The position numbers and the translations under genes were made by a program. Under the pieces are notes generated by a model. That model saw nothing but the letters and a program-made list of their open reading frames with translations. It was not told where the DNA came from and made no database searches. From Vitrella brassicaformis CCMP3155 (lineage: Eukaryota > Protista > Chromerida), in the NCBI GenBank assembly GCA_001179505.1, contig CDMY01000632.1, forward strand, positions 1-38,760: DNA of 38,760 nt. Direction: 5' to 3'. Of this stretch, positions 1-12,610 are shown in pieces (position 1 is the stretch's first letter; each line of letters starts with the position of its first letter).

Positions 1-241
1 ATACGTGGACAGAAATAACTTTGACTGATTGGCCAGTCCATCGGTCTTAGTAAAGTAAAAGTACTCTTACTCTGGGACTTACCGCCCAGCAGATCCTCTA
101 TTGAGCTAACTACAGGAAAGGTCCTCACCGGCCTTTTCGCACAGTTCCGTCTGCAGCATTCCCGTCTCCTGTGCGAGCTTGAGATGCTTCAGAATTTGGA
201 TCTTTCTCCGTATCCTCCCCTCCCCCTTGCTCTTGACCACG

Positions 242-2034
<1,793 letters not shown>

Positions 2035-3152
2035 ACTGAGGGGAGGGGAGGCAGCTGGGAGTGGAGTGATGGGTGCGAACATGTTTATGCGAGCGAGGTC
2101 CGTATTAGGACGGATCCATACACATAACATATACATGGCAGTTTGTTTAATGCTCATATATAATTATACCCCCATTCGTCGTGTCGCTCCCACCTGGCCC
2201 AGGTCTTTTTCCCTGGCTTCGTGATGACGACGTGACGTGACGGGGATGGTATGCGTATATACTCACGGACGTAATGATGGGCTGGATTGAGTTGCCTCAC
2301 CCCAAGCCGTGTTTCTCGTCGCTTCCTGCTTTCTGCTTTGTGGCTCTTGCACGCAGGACTTTTTTCCTGCCAGGCTGTGACGTGAGAGAGATTTGCATGA
2401 GTGAGTCGTGGAAGCACACGTGACGTGTGCGGTGGGTAGCTGGGGGCGAGTGTGTGAGTGGCCATGATTCGCTCACGGAATTCCGTTTGCTGTGGATATG
2501 TGCGTGTTCGAGTGAGTGGTGAGGAGTATATTATGTGGTTGGTCGCTTGGTGTGGCTTGAGAGCTGAATGAATGTGTGAAGGATCTAAGTCGGGGTGGGG
2601 GGACAAATCAATGGATGGACGGCACACAAACGAGAAAGATGGATGGAGGGAACAGGTGGTCGGGGAGGCAGGTTTTGATCGACGCATCGGTGTGCAAGCC
2701 TCGTTGCCGCTGCCTCTCTGCCGCCCTCTTGACGCTCGTCTCTTCTGCAATGCAGACACCCTTGACCTGCATTGCATGTGTACACATGTGTCTGCATTGC
2801 ATTGCATGCGTTGCATGTTTGCATCAAAGTGTAGACTTAATTGCATCTCGTTACCACTGAACGAATGGAATGGAATCAATCCCCTATGAGCTCCCAAAAG
2901 GGGATGACCTTAGTAGAAAAAGCTCTCGGATCGAGATCTGATTCATCCTTTCATTGCAAGTTGCACACCGTTGCAGTCGTCAGGTGGAGGCGGATGCAGT
3001 GGCGAGGCGTCATTCAGTCATATAGAGGAGAGTTTCCTCCTCCTTGCCCGGATCGTCTGCGAGCTACCACCAAATGGATCGCGATTCCTTCATGGACTGC
3101 TGAAGGACTCAGCCGACCAGTGGCGCTTTGCTGAGTCAATCGTACAGACAAG

Positions 3153-5491
3153 ATGCAGACGCAGCCGATCGGTAAGGAGGCTGGCAGGCAGGGAAGGCAG
3201 CAAGATGGATGGATAGATGGCTTTGCTTGACTCAGATGGTGACTTTTACGGCGATTTCGATGATGACGACCGGGCGTCGGAATTCTTCGGGCAAGAGGTG
3301 AGATGACCAACCACACATTCGCGTGATTTACTCCTGCTCGCTCATCCACTTGTCCGTATCTGCGTGTGTGTGTCAATCCACCAGGTCGGTCATCTTGTGT
3401 TGGAGGACACTGCTGCTCCCGACCCGCCTCGCTTCGCCATACGCAAGGGCGCCAACGACATCGGACGACGGCATCAGGAGGGGGTCAGCCAACACTGACT
3501 CTGCGCGCAACTGCCTGTGCGTGACTGACGTCTGTTCGTAGTTGTTCCCTGTGGATGGCCACCGTGTGGACCTGCTCGTGGAGGGCGACAGCAGTCTCAC
3601 CATCTCGAGGAAGCATGCAATCATACGTGAGTCAGCGAAGGGAGACCATCCAGGGATGCATCCATCCACGAGCGTGTACGTGTTTCTGTGCCCTTGGATG
3701 TTGAGCGTGACAGCATCGAGACCTGGGACGCCGGCAGCGGCAATGGCACATGGTAGGCCTGCCTGTAACACTCGCAGCCCGCAACGCAACGACCGTCTCT
3801 TGTGTTTTGTGCATTGTGATGTGCGGGTCTGCACGTGTTCAGCTTTGCGAACAGAGATAACAGAGAGAAGCCACTGAAGCTGGGCGTGCGATACGATCTG
3901 TCCGACGGCTGCATCATTCGATTTGGATGTGAGCGGGCGGACACTCCTCACCCCCCTCACTTACATCACGGATAACAACGTCGCTCTTCATGATTGTGCT
4001 CTTCCCTATCGCTGGCAGCCGTCCGCTTTCGCTTCGTCATGGTCCCAGCATTCAAGCAGTGGCTGGACAGTCGGCTGATGCCCTCCCCGCCACCCATGCC
4101 GCACCCACCCCCTCCTCCCGCCGCCAGTGGGGCTGTGTTCGAATTGGTGAGGCAACTCAATCGGGCAAGTGGAGAGGGGGCGGGGTAGGGCAGAAGACAA
4201 CGCATTTTTCGGTCTTTCCATCAGGAGCGTTTGAGGGCAGAGGATGCCTGTTCAACTGTTGCCCAGCTCACCGAGACCATTCGGTGCGAAAAGGTCGACT
4301 CCACTCATTCATCATCGCCTCTCATCCCCTTATGTGCAGGGTGAAGGACAGCGAGCTGCAGCGCCACGTGGCCGACAAGAAGGCCAACGCTGCCCTCCTC
4401 ACCGTCAAGGACAACACCATCACATCGCTCAAGCAGGACAACGCCGCACACCGCACCCGCATCGTCAAACTCGAGCAGCAGATCGCCACACTCGAGAGGG
4501 AGCGCCTCACCGACGAACGGCTGCGTCAGTGTGGGTCTGCAGCTGAGATTGAGTGCCTAATGGGACGGGCGGATGAGGAGATGGGGCGGCTGGCGGGCTT
4601 CAAGCGGCGTGCTGAGGCGCTGCACGACGAGAAGAGGAGGGAAGAGGAAGAGAGCGACCGCATGTGTCTCGCCTGCAAGGGGAGGGAGAAGACCGTCACA
4701 CTGCCGTGTGGTCAGTCAGCAAGAGAGACAGTATGATGACGTTGACCGACATGTGTGTGGACATGCGTGTGTGCAGGGCATGTGTGCTATTGCAGGGAGT
4801 GCTACCGGCGCATCCTCTTAGGCCCACCCGAGAGGCCAGCTGACGGCGATGGCAACGGCGATGATGAAGATGAGGAGATGGCCGAGGAGCCGGTGCCACC
4901 CAGGTGTTTCTGCAAAACACCATTCTAGTGAGTGCCGGCCATCCATGTGTTCATGGAGAGAAGATGCTATCATCAAGGGCGGTCGATGTGGTGTGATTTG
5001 TGTGCAGTGACGTGCTCCCTACGTTTAGCAATGATGGCGATTACGTCCTCACGCGACCGCCTCCACGGTAAGGGCATAAACTGTCTGTCTGTCACACAGG
5101 CATATGCACTAGACATGTGCGACGTGAGTACCATCCTCTCTCTCTCTCTCACTGTCACGTTGTTCTACTGCCGCAGAGGGGTGCGTACTGCCTACATGAG
5201 GGTGAGGATCAAGGAGTCACCCACAGGCCGGCAGGTCCCTCTGTGGGTGCGACGAGAATCCCTCGTGCTTCACGTCAAGGCGGCTTTGTACCACGACATC
5301 TCCAAAATACACCTGATCTTTGGCGGCAAGTACGTAAGGCCTTCACGCAGGCAGGCAGGCAGGGAGGGAGTGTGTGTGTGTGCGTGACTGATGTGCATCC
5401 CCCCTGCAGGACGATTTCGGACGAGTTATTGTTGGCGGAGTACGGCGTACTGGGGGGCAGCACCATCCACATGATCGTCACCAGATGGTGA
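3153..5491 (+). CDS. FHA + Pro-rich + coiled coil + RING-type zinc finger + C-terminal ubiquitin-like domain protein (~13 exons)
   Basis: Spliced reading: MQTQPI|DGDFYGDFDDDDRASEFFGQE|VGHLVLE..KGANDIGR..|..ISRKHAII..DAGSGNGT|..LKLGVRYDLSDGCIIRFG (FHA). Then a coiled coil (VKDSELQRH..KLEQQIATLERE), CLAC..LPC|GHVCYCREC..RCFCKTPF (RING-like), a linking exon 5008-5067, and MRVRIKESPTGRQVPLWV..HLIFGGK|TISDELLLAEYGVLGGSTIHMIVTRW* (UBL). The junction near 3627-3715 is unresolved; in-frame TGA upstream of ATG 3153. Confidence 0.8.
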
Positions 5492-7007
5492 GGGAGGGGC
5501 TGCTAGCTAGCTGAGAGGGAGGAATGAAGGATGGGGCGCAGTGCATGCCAAGCACGGCTAGACCGTCAATGGGTGTGTGTACACAGATATACAGACTGCC
5601 TGGATGCCTGCCATCGCACTGACTCGCTCCATGGCCGTGCTGCATTGCATGCGCGTCTCCTTTTGACTCGATGCATGTCGCTGTGCGGTGCGTGTCCATA
5701 CAGACAGACGTGAACGGCAGTGCATCGCCCGCGTACACACTGAGCATTTCATGTCTAATCCACAAACACATTCATTCTTGCGCCGGCTCGATGCATGATA
5801 ACAAACCGCAAAGGCGGCAGCAATCACGCCGCTGCGATGAGTCTAAATCACTTCGGGGTGACTTGTGGGTTAGGGTTCGTTTGGCCACCCTTTTCACGAA
5901 ATTGTGATTTCATTTCATCTCAATGCAATGAATCGACCGACTATTAAGCGTCTGGAGAGACTCGGTCAAGTGTGCGCTTGGTATCCGAGGCACCGACACT
6001 GATGGCTACAGACCGGCAAATTTGTTGCTGGATGCGGCGCAACAAATGCGATGCAATCACTCTTATCATTCGGTCGTGTTTGGGTGCTCGCTGCTTCCAG
6101 CTTCCGAGTGTCTATTCAGCGAGCGGGTCTAGTGGAGAATGGATGTGTGAAGTGACGAGGCGGATTGGCTTGGTGGCGATGATCTTCGCTGTGGTTGAGT
6201 GAGAGTGACCGATGATAAAGATATCAGTCGCTGTGAACGTCCGTACACACACACTGATAATAGAAAGGACTGTCCGATGGTCAAACAAGCACGAAAGGGG
6301 GAAACGAAGCAACACACAGAGGTCAACCAGTCGGAATAAGGAAGGCGCAAGCGCAAGAAAAAGACAGAGAGACCGTTGCCACTGGGCTGTCTTCAACGGT
6401 CTCTCCTCCCCTGTCTACTCCCGTCCTGTCTCCTCAAGTTTACAAGACGCGGCTAAGCTCGCAGGAGTGGCCTCGCAGCGTCTCATTCATATGCATGAGC
6501 ACATACACATACACGAATCATACAGACCCAGAGGAGTGAAGGCAGACAGTGCACCCCAGAAGCAACCCAAAAAGTGCTCGTGCGCTGATGAAGTGACGAA
6601 TCACCGGCGATGAGGGATCTTCCCTCCCTTCATCAGCGCAGCGATATACACCACAACATGCACGCAAGGCACCACTTTCCTCATGACAGACTCATCATTG
6701 ATGTGTCATTTCTTGCACCCTGCAACAGTCGTCAAGGTTTGGGTATTTACGCAGGTGAGCCGAAGGCGCGAGTGCGGACGCTTTCACGCCGGCACCACAG
6801 CGGCCCACCCGATACGGTACACGTACTTTGCAGATCCAAACACCAAAAGAGCCGAGGCGCGACAGGGATATGCAGCCAGGCCAACAACAGCACTCGTGAC
6901 TGGCCCATCACGCCTGACGCAGGGCAGCACTACGAAGTGCATCCGCCTACGCTTCACAAAGCCAGACGGTCACCGGTGCATCTCTGTCCGCTCCGCGCAT
7001 CTACCTC

Positions 7008-7038
<31 letters not shown>
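7008..7038. repeat. (TCTG)n microsatellite
   Basis: Perfect tandem tetranucleotide run; one of many in the window. Confidence 0.9.
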
Positions 7039-7039
<1 letters not shown>

Positions 7040-10000
7040 AGAAAACACTACCAATCGGTCACACAGAAAGTTGATACGATACCACCTTTCTTACGAAAAT
7101 CCGAGTGAGCGGGGAAATCGAATGTCTCTCTCTGTTTCTTCCTTGTCTTCCTCTCCTTGCCGCCCTCCCTCCCTCCCGCCCAGAACACACGACACGCATC
7201 ATGCCATGCAAGTACAAAGGGTGAGGACGGACGTCATATACACGCATGCACACGCGCACCCATCATGACATGCAACAGTAAACGTGGCTGGACACGACGT
7301 CACACGGCCAACCATATACACACGCACACACATGCACACATGCACACGCGCAAAATGGCTCGGGTTCGTTCGTTGTGAAAATCGGGCGAGCCCATTTCAT
7401 TTGCGGCTTGAAAGTCTGTCTGGAAATGCAGCAAGCAGGCAAGCAAGGGGGGAGGGTGAGAGTGACGGCAGGCAGGCAGGCAGGCAGGGCGAGCTGAGGT
7501 GAGGGAGCAACGACTATTTGCTAAGGGCTAAAGGCTAATATCTTCAGAGTACAGGAAGCAATTCGTGTGTGTGTGAATGTGTGTCGTCCGCCTGGCTGAC
7601 CGCCAGATACGTGTGTGAGTGATGTCGCACAAAATGGACACACCGGCGAGGAAGCTGAGCTGTCTTTCCGTCATGCCGACTAGCCCACGGCTTTCTTATC
7701 CATCTCCCTGTCTGTCTGTCCTCTCCCGTGGCCAACAAACAACCGCCACCAAGGAGACCACGAATTGCTTCCGTCAAGTAGTAGTGAGTGAGACAGTGGT
7801 GAGTAGAGTGGTGAGTATATGTAAGGGATTGGCTAAACCCTATGCCTGCATCGCATCCATGCCATGGACTGGACTGGACGGGGGACGGGTGGACTCTCTC
7901 AGCTCTCTGTCACACGCAAGGCACGCACAGAAACATGAGATGGATGGGACGCCACAAATCAATGCGGCTGGAAAAAAAGCGCGCAGCAAGAGAGAGGAGG
8001 GCAGCAGGGGACGGACGACGGGACGAGACGGCTGGCATGCATGGGTGCGGACGGGTGTGGAAGCGTGGAAAACCTCTGGCGAGGCGATCCAAATAAGACC
8101 GACCGGCAGAGGGCCATGGCATGGGCGGGGAGACGACAGGGTGTGGTGTGGGAGCATCGTATCATGCACTGCATACGTAGAGGCAGGGTAGGTGAGTGAG
8201 TACAAGTCAGTCACTAAAAGCACACAGCCACTGCACGCATCGCATCGCATCCACATACTTTTGAGTGAGTTAGGCCCTACGCATGTACTTAATGCATGGA
8301 CCCCACGTAGGATAGGGTAGGACGAGGAAGCAAGGAGGGAGGCGGGCGGAGCAAAACCCTAAACAAAAAGACAGACAACACATGAACGGGTAGAGGAAGG
8401 GGGCGAGGCCACATGGACTGACTGATCCTGGCTGTGCCCACCTTCTATCTTTCCCCATCCACACACACACACGGCCGTTCCCCTCCCTCCCCCATTGCAT
8501 CGACCTGTCTGGGCTGACCCAGCTGTCTGTCTGTCACCTACGCGTCCGTCTCCTGTGAGAAAGCGGGCGGCGGTATGGTATCAAGTCAAGAAGGCAAGGC
8601 AAGGCAAGCGGAGCGGCAGAAGATGAAAGCCGCAGCGCCCCCCACCACACACACACACACCCCACACACCACACACACACACGTATGGTATGTATATAAC
8701 CTGCCTACGTCACGTACGTACGACACATCTCTCAGGCAGCAGCAATGCAATGCAACTCAAGGCAACTAGTTGCCTTGCTCACAGGACGGGACGGGGCGGG
8801 ACGGGACGGGCAGCAGCAATCGACTCAATCGGTCGCACGGCAGCCAGGTAAGGTAGGAAAGCAATGGGAAGGCGATGAGATGAGATGGAGCAAGGCAACT
8901 ACACCCTACAGAGCGCAAGACAAGACGAGGTAAGGCGAGACGGTTTGTAAGACGGCTGCAAGGCAATTATGTCAGGGCACACAAACAGTCAGTCGGTTAG
9001 TCAGTCACTCGATAGCTCTCATGCATGCAATGCAATGCACAGGCATGGACTACGAACGAAGAAAATCCGGCACAAAACGACATACACGAAGGAAGAAAGG
9101 ACACGACACCCCACCCCCCACACACACACCCAATTCGATACTCACAAACCGCTGACAAAAGTACGTTTGCACGTCAGTCAGTTTGTGGATGGATGGATGG
9201 ATGGATGAGGGCACCCAAACAAAGCCTCATCCTAAAATCTAGGCCCGTTCGACAGACACGGAGGGTGGAGAAGGAAGATGAAAAAGGGACAATCTTCCCT
9301 CTCCATCCCTCCTGTCCGCCGCGCCGAGCGTTGTGGCTTTCCTTTTGGATGAGACCCCGTTTCCCTCCAAGGCGCCCGCACACACACAGGTGAACACACG
9401 CGCCCACACGCGAGTCAGACGCACGCACCTTATGCATTCATTGACTAGACGACGATCGATGTATCCCTCCCTTCCTCCCTCCCTAGAAGCAAGTAGGATG
9501 CCGTGGCGTGGATGGAAGGCAGTGGATGTGAGCTGTGTTGTGAGCACTACTGCAGGCAGGAATCGTTCCCACTGATGTGAAATGTGGGCCTACGGGTCGG
9601 GTCAGTGGCCGAGATGGCCCATCGATTCGTTAGTTAATCCAACTACCGCATTCACCGTCTGTCCTTATGAGAGAATGGAATAGGTGGCGGCGAAAAGATA
9701 AAGCACAAATACCACAGACGGGTTACCAGCTGCCTACCTACCTGCACGCCATGCACAAACACATCAATCATCACCACACAAGGCGCAAACGTCCAGCAAG
9801 CCGCCGCTCCCGCCCCTCCCAATGTATGTCGATTAAATACAGATATGGTCGTGCGAAAGAACGACAACGCGAAACACAGCACAACACAATACAGCCGCGA
9901 AGAAACGATGGTACGACACGACAGCAAAGCGATAAGTCAGCCAAGAGAGTAACTCACTCCCTCCCATGCGCCTCCCACACACTAAGTACCCACGCCGTCC

Positions 10001-10199
10001 CCTCCCCTCCCCCCCATCTAACCCCACCCTCATCAAACAACATCCTGTAGAGCAACCAGTACGGTATGGTGCGCGATTCACGCGCTGGAGAGATACATAT
10101 GCATACCGTCACTCAGTCAGTCAGCCAGTCAGTATGTATGGACGTACGTCAGCGATTCGATTCCCCACCCCCTGTGTCTTCACGTTGTTGGTCTGTCTT

Positions 10200-12049
10200 T
10201 CACAGCCCCCCCTCCTGGCCCTCGTGGTCGTCGAGGAGGCCCCTGGGCAGCGCCAGGCGCTCGCGGTCCGTCAGAGTGGTGTATGGGGTGGGGGTGGCCT
10301 GTCGGTGGCCGTGGGCGGCATCAGCAGAGGCCTGTGGGAAGTGTGAGTAGAATGAGGGCGGGGGGTCCTCGCGCTTGGGCGACTTGGACCACGCCGACGA
10401 GCCAGAACGCGACCAGCTGGAGGATGCACCTGAGCCCATCAACAGAACAGAACCACACACAATACACAATGAGGCGTGACCAGACCGACAGATCAGACCA
10501 CATTAATTACATTGCACGCATCGCATCCCTTCTGGACAGACACCCGTATGCTCTGCTGTGCTCTGCTCACCCTGCATGACGGTCGAGAGGTCACTGTCGC
10601 TCCCCTTGTGTGGGCTGTACCTCTGCACCAGCCGTCGGCACCCGTCCCCACCATCAGCGTCCCACCCACCACCGCCGATGGTGAAGCCCATTCCCCTGCC
10701 CATGCCCATCTGCACGTGGCCGCTATTGGCCTCGTCGTACAGCCCGGGCATATTGAGGTGGTGGGGTGGCGATGACAGCGGGGCCGGCGGGAGTGAGGGT
10801 GTCGAGCCGCTTTGGCTGCTGGTGCGATCGGCCTGGGGCACCGGGTGTTTGCGCAGCGAGTGCAGCACAATGGGCAGGGCCGTCTCGAGAATGGCGGGCT
10901 GCAGGGCCTTGGTGGTCTGGTCGTCGGCCTGCGTGTAGTAGTGCAGCAGGGCGTGCAGTGCCGCTGTCGCATCCTCACTGTTGCTGATGACCAAGTTGGG
11001 GCGACTCGTCGACGCCAGGGGCGCCAGCTCGTTGTCAGGGAGTGACATGGGGGTTGTCGGAGAGGCGTGTGACGACGTATAGGCCGACCCGACCACCGCC
11101 GACGCGCGTGTGGCCTCCTCCTGGCACAGCAGCTGGCCCACGTTGGGGAGGCTCTGCAGGAAATGGGCACGCTCGCTCTCGGGGAGGCTGCGGAGGGCGG
11201 TGAGTATCTTGGTGAGCTGGTCGTTGGGCTGCTGTGGCGGTGCAGTGGGGACCTGGACGGGTGGCTGGGGTACGTTTGGTCTGGTGGCGGCGGGCTGTGG
11301 CATGGGTGGGAGCTGTCGGTTGCTGCTGTTGGGGGGGCCCTCGACCAGGATGACACCCTCGATGGGCGGCAGCTCGATGCCGTCGTTGCGGTGGTACTTC
11401 TGGTACATCTTGTACTGGCGATCGGGATGGTCTGCGTTCCATTCACACAGAGCCGCACACAGATAGGATGTGGCGTTTGTTCGTCAGGTCAAGTGCTGGT
11501 TTGTCTGTCTTGTCGGTTGCTCAGCTCACGTGTGCGGTCCTCAGCGCGACTGTGGATGAAGGGGCAGTAGTACCTCGGGCAGCTCGACATACGCTGGTAC
11601 GACGGGCACTCACGGGTCTTGTAAAACAGCGGGTGGTAGAATATCTCCTCTGATCGTTCACACACACACACACAATACAATCAATGCATTGCACACGTGA
11701 CGGTGACGTGCCACACCTCGCTCCTCCTATCCCCATCTGTCTGTCTGTCCCCGTTGGTAGCTCCCTCACCGGCCGAGTGCGAGTAGGGGCACTTGTCGCC
11801 CATCTTGCAGGTGTTGGACCGAATGGACTCGTTCTCGAAGTCGATCTGGACGTCCGGGCACTTGAGGTGGCAGTACTTGATGGCGTCCTTGCTGTTGTGG
11901 TAAAACACACGCCGTCTCGTCCACTCGGTGTTGTGCGAGTAGGGGCAACGGTCAGCCCCGAAGTCGCAACGGCCCTCTACCAGCCGCTGGCACTTGGACG
12001 TGCGAAACGTCCGCAGATTCTCATCAGACAGGTACTGAGTGCGAGACAT
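10200..12049 (-). CDS. Unkempt-like tandem CCCH zinc-finger RNA-binding protein with a long P/Q/S-rich C-terminal region
   Basis: Exon 12049-11770: MSRTQYLSDENLRTFRTSKCQRLVEGRCDFGADRCPYSH..CPDV..TCKMGDKCPYSHSA. Exon 11649-11530: EEIFYHPLFYKTRECPSYQRMSSCPRYYCPFIH. Large exon from 11431; terminal exon ends ..EGQEGGL* at 10200. The last junction is approximate. Confidence 0.85.
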
Positions 12050-12451
12050 AATGGTCGACGACGTGAGCGACACCAACAGGGAGACGTGGGCAGAACTGAG
12101 CGGCAAACGCCTGGAAAGGCAGGACATGCACCAAGCAAGTGCACCCAGACAGTGATGAAAGGCGCCTTTGTGTGTGAGACACTGCCCACCCCCTGCCTGT
12201 GCCTTTTCGTCTCGTACCGATGACGGGAGGGCTACAAGACACTCACGGCCGACGGACAACACCAGATGTGGCCCTCAACTGGCGTGGTAGCTCGGGAACA
12301 GCCCAGAGCCTGTGGGTGGGCAGATGTTGACCGACAGCACACAAGGCGACTAAGCGTCAGGGAAAGAGAGAAAGAGAGATGGGGAGAGCCGACCGAGGCA
12401 GCCAACAGCACGAGGGAAGAGCCGTGTCAGGAAAGTCCGAACCTACGTCAG

Positions 12452-12471
12452 GGGTTTGGGCTTCAGGGTTT
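12452..12471 (-). promoter_or_regulatory. Paired telo-box-like element (AAACCCTGAAGCCCAAACCC on - strand)
   Basis: Lies between the divergent CCCH and CDC40 genes. The same 20-mer occurs at 27877-27896. Regulatory role is inferred. Confidence 0.5.
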
Positions 12472-12610
12472 TCATTTGTGAGCTCGCGTTGATCTCGCAG
12501 TGCGTTCGGCCTCTCTGCCTGCGGCTGTGGTCAGACCTGGCACGTCTTCGAAGGCTTGAGATAGCAGCTCTTGCAGCGGTTTGTTTGTGACATCCATCGT
12601 TGGGAGGAGG

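Noticed and set aside
2229-2430. Cluster of ACGTG (G-box/CRE-like) cores upstream of the FHA gene
   Set aside because: ACGT/CACGTG words are common across this window as by-products of CA/TG repeats, so enrichment cannot be claimed without statistics.
5196-5491. Stand-alone ubiquitin-like modifier gene
   Set aside because: No terminal di-Gly, and a phase-consistent exon links it to the upstream RING, so I treat it as an integral domain pending transcript data.
6610-7108. Overlapping 141-154 aa ORFs in the intergenic region
   Set aside because: No recognisable motif, they run into a (TCTG)n repeat, and I could not build a phase-consistent exon chain.
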